The position numbers were made by a program, and so were the translations under genes. The notes beneath the pieces were generated by a model. The model was given only the letters and a program-made list of their open reading frames with translations. It made no database searches and was not told the origin of the DNA. A DNA stretch of 64,000 bases from Syncephalis fuscata S228 (taxonomy: Eukaryota > Fungi > Zoopagomycota): NCBI GenBank assembly GCA_025786725.1, contig JAHLTZ010000049.1:1-64000 (forward strand), in the 5' to 3' direction. This document shows, piece by piece, positions 38,912-51,269 of this stretch; positions within the stretch are counted from its first letter, which is position 1, and each line of letters starts with the position of its first letter.

Positions 38912-39959
38912 ATTAGTACGTTTGATATTTTTAGCTAAATATGGGTATAAAAGACACAGCAAAGACAAAATGTTAATTGTAAAGTGCAGCGGGTATTCGT
39001 CAGCATTTTATGCAAGGCAATAGACCGACGAGTTCTCTTCAGTAAAATGAATGCGATGTGTGTAGATGGCCTGAATAGCCGTAAAGGCATTTGATTCGGC
39101 AATAGTTCTGCTAAAAAGGGGAACTCACCCATCCGCCTACTAACATGTGGATGTGCTTGTGGTTACACGGCAGTTCTATGCCGTTTTAACATTCAATGGG
39201 CTGTTTTCCAACTCTGTTTGGCATTGCTGTGACGCCGAATATTGGCCACCCGGCAATAGAACCACCTAATTACTGTAAATTACGTCATGTTGTGCACATA
39301 ACAACAGCATGGTTTCTATATATTGCTATTATTCACATGGAAGTAGCATTTTTAATAAGCAATTTCTATTTATTACTAAAACTTGTGCGGGGTTCACGTG
39401 TGTGGAGTATACACGTTTTAAGGGAGCACTGGCAAGTGATCAATGCCGAACAAGACTGCTTCGGTGCCTATATTTTTACCTATTCTTAAAAATACTATAA
39501 ACAGAGTTTCAAATCTATATTTGTATCGATTTATTTATTGGCATAAGTTTATCCTAATAACACGTGTATACATGAAAGAAAAGCTAAAAAACTGAATAAA
39601 GATTAAAATAATACTTTGAATACTTTACAACAATAAACACTATGTAATAATATTTATTTATTTACCTACTAATTATACTATAACAATAAATAATAATAAT
39701 GAATCTAATATTACTTATTGTTTATTATGATTTTTTCATATACATCCTAGTACACATGCTAGTATGTAACCTGTATGCAGTCATAACTTTTAGTACTACA
39801 TATAGCTACTACACTCATCGTGCTAGCAATTGCGCATATACAATAGTGGAAATATTAAAGCACTGCTGGTATAGCCGCTAATCAAGTCTTCAACGCCAAC
39901 ACAGCAGTGCGATATGTAATTGCGATCAATAGCAAATAAACAAAGTATAAAGCGATATT

Positions 39960-40240
39960 TTACAGTGTATGCTCGACATGACATAAAAACAAACCAGAAA
40001 TGCACTTACAGTCGCAACAAAGCTGCCAGTAGTAATGATCAGAGTAATGAAGATGATGTGTAAAAAAGGTCAGATTATAAAAAGTGACACAAATACATAG
40101 TATAGAAGGTGTTTGCACTTGACTAGTAGTCAGCCAACTACTGACACTATCTATGTAGTATATATAGTGTGTACAAGTATATGCAATGTATATATGCTAT
40201 CAAGTGTGAAGAGAGGAAAGTCTGGTGACGTAGATTGTAT
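39960..40240 (-). repeat. Reverse copy of the dispersed repeat family
   Basis: actactgacactatcta...gtgtacaagtatatgcaatg...tcaagtgt...tgacgtagattgt is the reverse complement of ~10125-10260. Confidence 0.75.
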
Positions 40241-40529
40241 GTTATATTGTTAATATGAGTGAATTAATAATGGTGTGAAAATAACATCATCAGAAATGTG
40301 AACAAATGAGATGTCATTTAATTTCCAAAAAACACTCATTATTGTAGAACAATTAAAAGCGATTACGTGATACAATGCCATCTTATGCATGATGTACTAA
40401 AAGAGGTAGTACTTTATGCTTTTTATAGCTTTTTTATATGTGGTACATATATATGATATACATTCATCTAAAATAAACGTACTCAATTATACCCATATTT
40501 TATTGCTTTATAACAAACAATATGTCTTA

Positions 40530-42686
40530 GAATACATGTTTGTTGCGCGTCAATTTTCTTAAATCAAGTATACGTAGTATTGGCTGGAAACAAGAGTATT
40601 TAACCCGTTTAGAATGTCTTGTTATCAATGCCAATACCATTGTCACGCATACCTATGCTTTTGCAAGGTACATATTTATAAAAGAACTTGGCTTAAATAA
40701 GGACTTTGATATTAAAACATATATAAGCCAGAGGTTTTTTAAACAAATATTTTTATTGTTAGTGGATTATTCTATTTGCAAAGGGGGGTTGAGTGATGAA
40801 ACCATCCGAATCAGAGAATTAATAGAACGTCGTTTGAATGAATACCTTGAATATACGAGTTACACACGCATAGAACTTAAATATGCCAGCAAAATAGCCG
40901 AATATAAAGCACAAAGATTGCAACTGCATATTTAAACAATGTGCAAGAACATTTTAATCAACAGTTTTGAAGAGTACTTAATCTTGTTTTGGATGTAAAA
41001 AAAGACAAGAATGAACTAGCAAAGTTTATGCGTGAAAAGAAATTTTCTAAGCAAGATATTAAATTTAACACTAAATTAAATATTATTGATCCGCCACAGT
41101 ATTGAGACAGCATTTTGCAAGTGGCAAACTTTGCAATATTGCTGAAAAGAATCCGCATGCCCATCAAATAATAAAGCCCGTACTTGATGCGTATCCAGAA
41201 AAGCACAAATCTGGTGGATAAAATTACAAGTTTAGCAAAGATTCGATTTACTATGATGTCAAGGCTCATCCAATTAATCATGTAAATGCCTACTTCAAGC
41301 TGGCCACCACCTGTGAGGCCAATTTTTCAAAAACATTTCAATGTTTTCCGATACGTACTTATGGGTACCATCCTATATGCAAATTGACACAGAAATACTG
41401 TGTCGCCATATATTGGATAAAATCCATGAGATTTTTCTAACAAGATGGACGCATGGGAGCAAATTGTTGATTTGAATAACAGAATATTTAAACGCAGCGG
41501 ACCTTTGGAAGATTCAATGCAATTCTATGACTCCATTCAAACAGATGGCGTAAGTGTTACAATAATTAAACAAAATAAAGACACCAAAAACAAATACAGC
41601 GCTGGTCATAAACGAAAAGATGCCGCACTATCTACCGAATTTCAATATATACATGGAATAAATAAAGAAGCTTTGACACAAACTGTCGGCAAGTGTGTGT
41701 TAATTGACCCGCACAGAAGAGATTTGATGAACTGCATGCATGAAAACAGTAAAAGTAATGATCGCAAAATTTTTAGATACACTTCCAACCAAAGGCACAA
41801 AGACATAAAAGACAAAAGATACAGAAGAATCATGGAAACCTAATGAGAGAAAAGCTTACTGTTCAAAATGATGAAAAAGATTTATCTAATAACTTGACTG
41901 CTCAAAAGAACGATAAAAAAGTATTTGATTTGTTACCTGTTCAAAAGGCTAGAACAATTTATCCATTTATTCGTGTAAATCGGTTTATTTGGAAAAGTAT
42001 ATCGTGTATATTTCTGCTCGTGCAGAAGCCGCTGTTACTCTGGTTCCATATTATAGCACCAAAAGAACCAATCATTCGCAATCAAATAATTCTTTATTTA
42101 AAAAGCTTAAATTATTGGCTTATATCAGAAAACTGCAAGCTGATCAAAAACTGGTAAAAAGATTGAAAGACAAGTTTGGACAGGATACTGTGTTGATTTT
42201 TAATAATTGTTCTGCTTGCAATGTACAATTTCAAGGGCCTATTCGAGGCATTGGCATAAAAGAAATGCTTTAGAAAAATGGATTTGAAATTTTTTTATTG
42301 ATGAGTACAATACATCCAAGACTTGTCCATCTTGTGGAAATTGTACTTTGGAAACATTTCATAAGGTTGTCAATACTTGCCTTATTCAAGACAAAAAGGG
42401 CCAGCTTTTATTTGTTCCAAACTCTTAAAACGATATAAAAAAGGTCAATGGTTACATGTCATGAGCTATTAAAGTGCATAATTTGGATATAGTATATTTG
42501 ATTCATCTAACATTATTGTAATTTATTACAGGTGCATACACAAAAAATTGTTAAAAATTAGTGAAATTGGAACATAGTATTGGTGCTGAAATTGAATTTA
42601 CCATATCAGTCTGTGGCGGATATTGAATCAGCGGCGATCCGATATTTGCCGCAGGTTATTGCTGATAAACCATAGATGTTGGTAAG
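40530..42686 (+). mobile_element. Fanzor1-like (eukaryotic TnpB) element, pseudogenised
   Basis: KSSIRSIGW...THTYAFARYIF, IQTDGVSVT, RuvC-I CVLIDPHRRDL, RYTSNQR, KLKLLAYIRK.QADQKLVKRLKDKFG, GPIRGIG, RuvC-II/Zn finger DEYNTSKTCPSC, VTCHELLK, intron ~42474-42531 and a degenerate RuvC-III. Many frameshifts plus in-frame stops at 41841 and 42271. Confidence 0.9.
42598..42686 (+). ncRNA. Candidate Fanzor omegaRNA scaffold hairpin (copy 1)
   Basis: Nested stem UUACCA/UGGUAA, UAUCAGU/GCUGAUA, CUGUGGCGGAUAUUG/CGAUAUUUGCCGCAG with five G.U pairs, at the 3' end of a Fanzor ORF. Confidence 0.6.
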
Positions 42687-42922
42687 TTTATAAAAAGTCG
42701 CTATATATAATTTATTAAAATAAAATTATTCATTATTATAAATGCACGTGATTGATCGTGTGGAAAAATGGCACTACCGATCGGCATAGCCATTGGCCGA
42801 TGACGCGGCAGTGCGTAATTTCTCGTTGCCGCTCCGTAGACGGACAGTAGCTTCTTTCTTTTAACATTATTGTTTGCACGTTTATTTGTTTAATAGTATA
42901 CAAAGATTACACATTGCCTGCC

Positions 42923-44085
42923 ATGGCCGACACTACAATTGACACAAAAAATGTTGCTGTCGCTTCACAGGAGGTAGCTGCTGCTGCCAATTCCACACTG
43001 GCCAACTCGGTCAAGTCATTTGTATCGGGTGGCTTTGGCGGTATGTGTCTTGTGGCTGCAGGCCATCCGCTCGATCTTATTAAGGTCCGCTTGCAAGCAT
43101 CGACGCAATATAGCGGTATGATGGACTGTGTTCGCAAGACGGTGGCCAAAGATGGCATACGTGGCCTCTATCGCGGCATGGCAGCTCCTCTGGTTGGTAT
43201 TACGCCCATCTACGCTGTCTGCTTCTGGGGCTACGACCTGGGTAAACGTCTATCACAAAAGTTCTATCATCAGGTATGTGCTATTGTTGGTTAAACACTG
43301 AATACAAACGATTAATAATGTGTGTGTATGTATGTGTGTATTAGGACGCTAGCGAGCCATTAACCATTGGCCAAATCTGCTTTGCGGGTGGATTTAGTGC
43401 ACTACCAGCTACTGTACTAATGACACCAATTGAACGTGTCAAATGCATTATCCAGATCCAATCTACACTGCCTGATAGTCAAGCCAAATACGCTGGGCCA
43501 ATGGATGCGGCGAAAGGCATCTGGCGCGAATCAGGTATTCGTGGCCTATACAAGGGCACGACCGCCACACTGCTACGTGATGGTCCAGGCAGTGTAGCTT
43601 ATTTTGGCGCATATGAATTCTTCAAAAAAACTTTTACACCAGCTGGAAAAGGTCCTGCAGATTTAAGTCCCGTGGCCGTATTTTGCGCTGGTGGTCTAGC
43701 TGGCATGGCCAACTGGTCGGTCGCTATTGTAAGTCATTATTTAAATAACGCCAATCACTAATCTAACACACTCATTTATTAATCGTTAATCTAATACGCA
43801 ATCTATTTATTATATATAGCCGGCTGATGTATTAAAGTCTCGTCAACAAACGGCACCGCCTGGCACCTACACCGGCCTTACCGATGTATTTGTAAAATTG
43901 ATACGCAATGAAGGACCCAAGGCATTGTTCCGTGGTTTAGGCCCAGCAATGTTGCGTGCTTTCCCGGCAAATGCAGCCTGCTTCCTTGGTACGTATATTT
44001 GAAATAGGATGTGTGTTAATCAATACTGATTTGCGTAATTTTAGGTGTTGAAGTCTCACTCAAAGTGATTAATTCCGTTTTCTAA
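42923..44085 (+). CDS. CRC1: Mitochondrial carnitine/acylcarnitine carrier (SLC25A20-like), 4 exons
   Basis: [64 protein letters not shown]. Confidence 0.93.
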
Positions 44086-44513
44086 TCGGCATTTCTACTT
44101 CTTGTTAGCTCATAATGTCTTTCAGAATCAATAACTCTGGATAGTACACAAAACAATGTGTCATAATAAACCAATCAACTTTCCTCCTTTAAACTTTATT
44201 TATAAATCGCAATAATTGTGTAGTTAAAACAGGTCCAAGAGACTGACTCGCTGTCTCAGTGAAGCTATTAAGCTACCTTCTTGACAACTCGATCAATAAG
44301 TGCCTGTAAAACAACAAGGTAGACATATGAGTCAAACCTGTCAACGCACTTTAACAACCATGTTTTAGATGCTTGTATTAAAAGTACTTAGTGGCAGCTT
44401 TCGCGTCTGTCGATGTTCTTTTGCCATCAATTCATTTTCAACTGCTACCATTATAGTATATTCGTTATAGCATTTACTGCTTACCATTCATTAATATCTT
44501 ATAATCGTTCATT

Positions 44514-46002
44514 ATGTCTGGAACTGCTGCTGCTGCTGATACTGCTGCTAATACTGCTGCTGCTGCCAATATCGCTGCACAGCCTACCGCTGCTGCTGCC
44601 AATAATGCTGCTGCTGCCAATATAGCTGCACAGCCTGCCACCGCCGCTACTACCGCCGCAACAGACCCAACGCCAATCAACCCAGCCACCGACAGCGCGG
44701 CTGGGGGAGCACAAGGAAAGCCATATGTGATCTATATCATCTTTTACTCGATGTACCATCATGTGTACAAGATTGCACAAAAGATAGAAGAAGGTGTCAA
44801 AAGAGTGCCGAACGTTGAAGTGAAAATGTTTCGTGTAGAAGAAACATTGCCAGCTGAAGGTAAGTTTCATTATGGCTTATACAATGTTTATTTATTTGTA
44901 TAATAGTTTTGACACTAATGCACGCCGCACCAACACTTGATATTCCGGTTATCAAGGCGGCCGATCTGCCCAATGCCGATGGCTATTTGTTCGGTACACC
45001 GTAAGTACAGCTATGATGATCCAATGATTGCAATGCTTATTGTTGATGTAGAACACGATATGGTATTATGTCTGGTGCAATGAAGGCATTCTGGGATACT
45101 ACCGGCGGATTGTGGATGAAGTAGGTATAGCAGCGTTTAGCTAATTAATGATATATTACTTACACCATCAACAGAGGTGCATTAAAAAATAAAATGGCTG
45201 GTTTATTCTTTTCAACCGGCTCCCAGCATGGAGGGCAAGAAACGACCGCACTTACTTTCCTTACAACGTTTGCGCATCAAGGCATCATTTATGTACCATT
45301 AGGTAGGTAGCTGTTCTATTTATAATAGCTGTGCTAATGCTAGCCTATATTCAGGTAATTTGGAACCTATGACCAGACTAGACCAAATTGTAGGTGGTAG
45401 CTATTATGGCTCTGGCACTATTGCTGGCGCTGATGGATCACGTAATCCATCCGAAATTGAATACGAACTAGCTTTGACCCATGTAAGATACTTCAAATAT
45501 GATTAACAATTCATTAATCGCCTATATTCTTGGTTACTAGGGCGAGCAATTTGCTACTACACTGTCCGACTACATGACAGGCGTACGAAACCGTCATGGA
45601 GTGGCTGCACCATCGCAGGCTCCTGCTTCCACTGGCGCCACCAATGTAAGTTGGCATGCACGCAGTTTATTAATATTTGTTTTACTAACTTAACTGGTTA
45701 GGCTGCCACAACTCAGTCTGCTACAAGTGCACAACCGGCGGCTGCTGGTGCCCAGCCTGCTGCTGCTGCTGCACCCACTGCTGCCGCACCTACTGCTGCC
45801 GTGCCCACTGCTGCTGCGCCCACTGCTGCTGCTACCGCTCCAAACCCTGTAGCACAAGGTAATTAAATAAATGCTAGTTACCAATTACCGTGTATTTACT
45901 AATTTATTATTAACGATCATTAATTGAATTATTTAAGCTGCCAGTGCGCCCATAGGCAAACGGAAAAGTTTGCTAAGTCGTGTGATGAAGAAGCTTGGTT
46001 AG
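44514..46002 (+). CDS. WrbA/Pst2/Ycp4-type flavodoxin-like NAD(P)H:quinone oxidoreductase with Ala-rich extensions
   Basis: YIIFYSMYHHV, VEETLP, ADGYLFGTPTRYG, FWDTTGGLW, STGSQHGGQETT, GGSYYGSGTIAGADGSR. Confidence 0.92.
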
Positions 46003-46189
46003 ATTGCTTCTACGCTAGCTATTAGCATTTTCTTTCAATAAATCGCACATGTTTATGCAAAGTATCGTAATATTTATATTATTGTTGTATTTGGTAAAGA
46101 TATTTATTTAGCAATTACATTTTGTTGTTATTAATATTATCGAAATAAAGCAAGTTTTGTATAAACATTTAAATTCTAAAAAAATTCTC

Positions 46190-48390
46190 TTTTTTTCTTG
46201 TTTTATAAAATAAATACACCGCTTTTCAATTTTATTTAGAAACACACTTTGTTTTCTTGTAATGGCGTTCACCACAAATTAAACATTCTTTAATAACACG
46301 CTTTCTTTTTTTGATAGCCGTTTCACTAGTAGTTTGTATTTTTTCTTCAATAAAAATGCTTGTTTCAATGTTATTAATGCTAGTGTTTACAGAGCATGTT
46401 CTTGTATTGTGTCCTTTTGAGCTACAATTGTGACAAGCATATCGCTGAGAGGCTTCCAAAGCTTCACCACAAATCTAATTCTTTTAACTTTTGGTCTACT
46501 AGCTTTCTTCGTTATTGTCGGTGGCAAAACAAAATGTCTGCGTAATTGATGCATTTCAACCGGACAAATTTCTAGAGCATATACTTTTTTTAGATAATTA
46601 ACGGTGTAAGATTTATCAATAAAATCATCTAATAAGAGCTTAAGATTCTTCAAAATTATTGCCACATGACTACAAACAAACTTCATCTCTTCCCAGTATC
46701 CACATGTGCAGGTTTTTGCAGTTAAATCTACTGTTCTGACAATACCAGACTTGATATCTTTAACTTGAAATTTGGTATCAGAATAATCGTCAATTATATA
46801 ATTATTAGCGTCAGTTAATGTTGATTTATACAACAAATAGCTATTATTAGTTAACAATCCTTGAGCTTGTGAATACTTAATTCTACGCTTATTCAACAAA
46901 GTTCCAACTTTGGCGACAAATCCAGTAAAAAAGTGATAATGGGATTTGTTCCAAAGATTGTTCATCCATGAGTTCAATGACTCTGATGAATTTGAAGTAA
47001 CGCAACCAAATCTTAGCCATTTAAAAGATGATCTAGCCCAGTTTTCTGCTGAGTCTATTAGCTTGTTATAAGCTGGCTCATTTAATGACCGTATCACTTT
47101 CATTGAATCTAAAAATAAATTAGTACTTTGAATGTAATTTAAATAAATATAAATACCATTAAATTCTTTACTAGTTAAAGCTTTTGCAGCTTTCCATATT
47201 AATCCATTAAGCTTTGTTTTAAATTCAGCATTGATGTTTCTTTCAATATGAGCAACACATGCAGAGTGGTGTGCCAAGGGAAATACAGTCCTTATCGAAG
47301 ACTCTATTCCTTTATCTCTGTCGCTAATGATGACTTGATTTTTTTCTCTTAATTCAGGTATTGAATCTGATAGATGTTTAAGAAAATAGACCCAGTTGTT
47401 TTTATTTCATAAGATACTATAGCAACAGCCAAAGGGAAAATATTGTTATTTCCATCTTTAACAACTGCAGTAAGAGCAACACCGCCATAAGAAGATCTTA
47501 GATGGCAGACATCAATTAGCAGTACTTTACGAGTATAGTGGTAAGCTTTAATAGCTGATGAAGGACATAAAAATGCCCTTTCAAAGTTACCAGACTGGTT
47601 CTGCGAGAAGTGCTGAACAGAACCCGGATTAAAATGTTTGAATTTGATAAGGTAATCTTTAATAAATGAAAAAGAATTGATATTGCTGTTAATATCATTC
47701 TTTTTCATCGAATTAAGGGCGGACCAAGCTTTGTAATAAGAAATATCACTCCTGTTGAACTATTACAGCTGTTAGTGTATATTAAATAATCAAATATGTA
47801 CTACTTTGATAATTTTCTTTGTACATCTTTTGGTTTTACAATTGAAAATGTAGCAACATCATTCGTAATATATTTAGCAATAGACTTAATAGTACCATTA
47901 CCCGTGTTATATGGACAGTCATTAAATGCTCAAGATTGCATTGAACAATCTTTACTAAGCCAGTTTTCTGCTTTCTGGCAGTCAAAACAAACTGATATTT
48001 GTTGCTAAAATGGTCTTCATGAGGGCAAATAAGCTGTAATCTTGTTGAATCACTATTTTTCCTCTTAAAATTGCAACCGTTAACAAGCTTAAACTCGTCA
48101 ACAGCAATCCTCGGTTCTTCAATGCTGTTAAATATAGCTTTTTTAAATAGTTTGGTAGACATTGCGATAGGTTTTTCAAAACGGCGTATCTCGATAAATA
48201 AAAGCAAAGAACAATTTATTTTTATTTATTAAATTTATTATAATAAACTTAAAAAATAATTTATTACAATAAAGTTTAAAACAATGTATTTTTCTAAATA
48301 AAAGTGAAAAGCAGTGTATTTATTTTATAAAACAAGAAAAAAAGTATTTCTGTAATTAAAGTTGAGAAACGGTGTATTTTTCAAAATTTT
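46190..48390 (-). mobile_element. Mutator-like (MULE) DNA transposon with frameshifted transposase
   Basis: LIDVCHL..YGG...DGNNNIFPLAVA, IISDRDKGI, CVAHIERN, TSNSSESLN, SWIM finger CTCGYWEEMKFVCSH, zinc knuckle CHNCSSKGHNTRTC. Inverted repeats at 46191-46228 and 48305-48342. Confidence 0.9.
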
Positions 48391-48746
48391 CTTAATAAAA
48401 ATGATAGAATAAATAACATAGTGGCTAAATAAATTAAATATATTATTTATCCAAAGTTACATATACACAGATACGTGCGACTAACTCAAATGTAAATCAC
48501 TCAATAAAACAATCAAATAGCACAATCTAGTATAAACATTGCAAATATTGATTTTATAACTGTTATATTTATTTATTGTCCAGCTGTAAAATAAATTATT
48601 TATAACATTTCTGTTATTAAAAATAAAGCAAGTTTTGTATGAACATTTAAATGAATTTCAATTTGTGTGTGTGGCAAACTGATGGTAAAAATTGCATATT
48701 TTAAAATCCAATTGGAAAGAAAATGGCTCATTTATCGAATTTATTA

Positions 48747-49377
48747 TTATGATATAGGTGAAAGCCAACAGTACTTCAAGTATTGATTGCCTGTAAACGT
48801 TGCCTGGACGCCAACACTCTTCATTGCATTTACTAGAACGGTGTAGTCGGCCAGTATTTTCATTGCAGCCAATTCTCCTTGGCCACCCAATTCCACCGCA
48901 TCCACGAGAAAAGTTGTAAGCATCTGTTGTGCTGCTGTATCTTTGCGTTGAAATTCGGTATTATGTTTACTGACCCACGTATGAAGTATACGGAATTCCA
49001 TTAGCGAGTCTGCCTTGCTTTTGCCTGTATCCGTTACTTGATGAGCAATCCACATAGCGACCGCCCTATCTGGATCGTAGCCTACACAATCACCAAAATG
49101 CCCGTTTAGAGCAAACTCTTTTAGACTTGCTACCGCCTTTTCAGCGCCTTTGATCGGTAACTGATCATTCGGTTGAGATACATATGCTGTCAATGACTGT
49201 ATATTATCCAGTGTTCTTGGCTTATTAGAATAACTTGACAAGTTATTGTTAAAAAACAATACGTTGCTTATTGTGTCTGTAACTGACTCGGCCGCTATCG
49301 AAGCTACATATGTTTTTGTCGACAGTATGAGTAAAATTTCAGCAAAGAAACCTACAAAAGCTACAAACTTGAACATG
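48747..49377 (-). CDS. Secreted protein of unknown function, distant relative of 38053-38911
   Basis: Hydrophobic N-terminus MFKFVAFVGFFAEILLIL. GYDPDRAVA...SLMEFRILHTWV parallels GVVDEDRIAH...SLRQIGLLNEWL. Confidence 0.7.
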
Positions 49378-51269
49378 ATATATATATAAAAGAATGAACT
49401 AGGAGAAGAAGAAAATGTAGTAGCAATGGCTGTAGTCAAGACTGGGAACATTACAGAACTGCTTTGATGCATGTGAAACCAAATTGGTCCATATTAAGCT
49501 GTATGCCCAACTTGAAGTTTCTTAGTTATATTTCTATTGGCACTGAGAACGTGCTTTTAATACTATATCCATACATATTTATTCCTATTTTGTACAACAT
49601 TGTCTTTATTGATATGCAATAAATATTTAAATCATATATTGGTATTTCTATTACTCTGTTACTCCTTTTAACCATTGATTGGTATCTAATGTACCAGCGT
49701 TACTGTTTTATAATTCCGCACAGGGTCTTGTGAAAGTGTGACCAAGAAATATATTGTGTAATCAATCACAAGAATAATATATCTATTGGATATTAGTACC
49801 GATTACTAGTAACAAATGCCTATTACGACAATATGACGAGTAGCTACTTGTTAGTTGTGAGCATATGAGCAGTCACCTGAACTAATATGCTGCATTAATG
49901 ATGAAATACTACAAGGCACTCAAGTTTTATTATTAGTTGTGTTTACTATATAATGATAGCTTTATTCAATATCAATAAAGGAATAATCAAGTTTCTAGTC
50001 CACTATTATTTCTACTTAGTGTCATACAAGTTATTCAGTTTATTATAGTTAAACTGTGGTAATTAATGACCAATAAGAAATAATTTATTATAAAAGCAAT
50101 ACAACCAAACAACACATTGTATTCTGAGCGTTAAGGTAAGCGTTAATAAGCATCAGAAATTAACGTTATAGGATAGCGACAGGATAAGTGTTGCTTGGTC
50201 ATCTAAGTTGCGATTTCTAAAACTAGAAGCGTAACACCAGCTTTAGCGTTTAAAAGAATACACTGAAATGTTATAATTATAATTCATTTGATTAGCACAA
50301 ATAGTCACTATTTAGCTTTATTTAGTTAAGAAAACTAAGCTGCTTTAAACTAATATGTGTTCAATTATTTATTATAATGGTTTATTTATAATAGCTAGAA
50401 TGTTGAGTCCAATTGGTACCACAAGCGCAAATATTCAATAATCAACAATTCCTTAAATTACCAGCTACTATTATTGATTTGAATCAAAGCATTGTATTGT
50501 AAATCATATATCAATAATCCTCAAATTACTTAACTAATCTAATAGTATTTAAAATTTACTAAGAAAATATAAAGTGTCAGTCATAAATGGCTAAATAACG
50601 ACATAGTGTTCGTTGATGCCAGACATCAGTTCAAGTACTCAAAACTGGTTATAAATAATAATGATTAAAACAAACAATGGCTTAATTATTTATTTCGAAA
50701 AACTGGAAAAAACAAAGAATGTACACGATTCACTAAACAACCTTATTGGATGGATTAGTATGCGATGTAACATTTACAAAACAAAACAAAGAACTGTCTG
50801 GGTAATAACCTGTTATCCACAACACCACACAGCCTGTACCCATAACTATACGGGTCGAATACCTTTTTTATATTGTTTTAATATCTAATTCTAGCAATAC
50901 TGCGTTTCAATATTTGTAATTTTATATAGATACGCGCTAATAAAAATACCATTTATTTGAAACACGAATTTGATCTGGGTAACAAATCGCCTGTATACTG
51001 ACCCATTTACTCGCAGTTCATTATTTTTGTCTATACATGCTCTCTTTGTCAGTATTCTTTGGACCAACGCTAAAACATCAGCAGCATATAAATATCGACT
51101 AATTTTATAGCTTAGTTTTTGTTCATCATCACAACAACTCTTCTACACTCAAACACTAAACGATTCAGCTATACTTGTTACAGCTAGACTGGCAAGAATA
51201 CTCTACGCTCTTAAACACGCTACAAACTATCAAATTGGCCAATCTTTTATAAATACTATCAAAATTATC

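Noticed and set aside
40420-40447. Possible left TIR of the Fanzor element matching 42682-42707
   Set aside because: Similarity is weak and confined to AT-rich low-complexity sequence.
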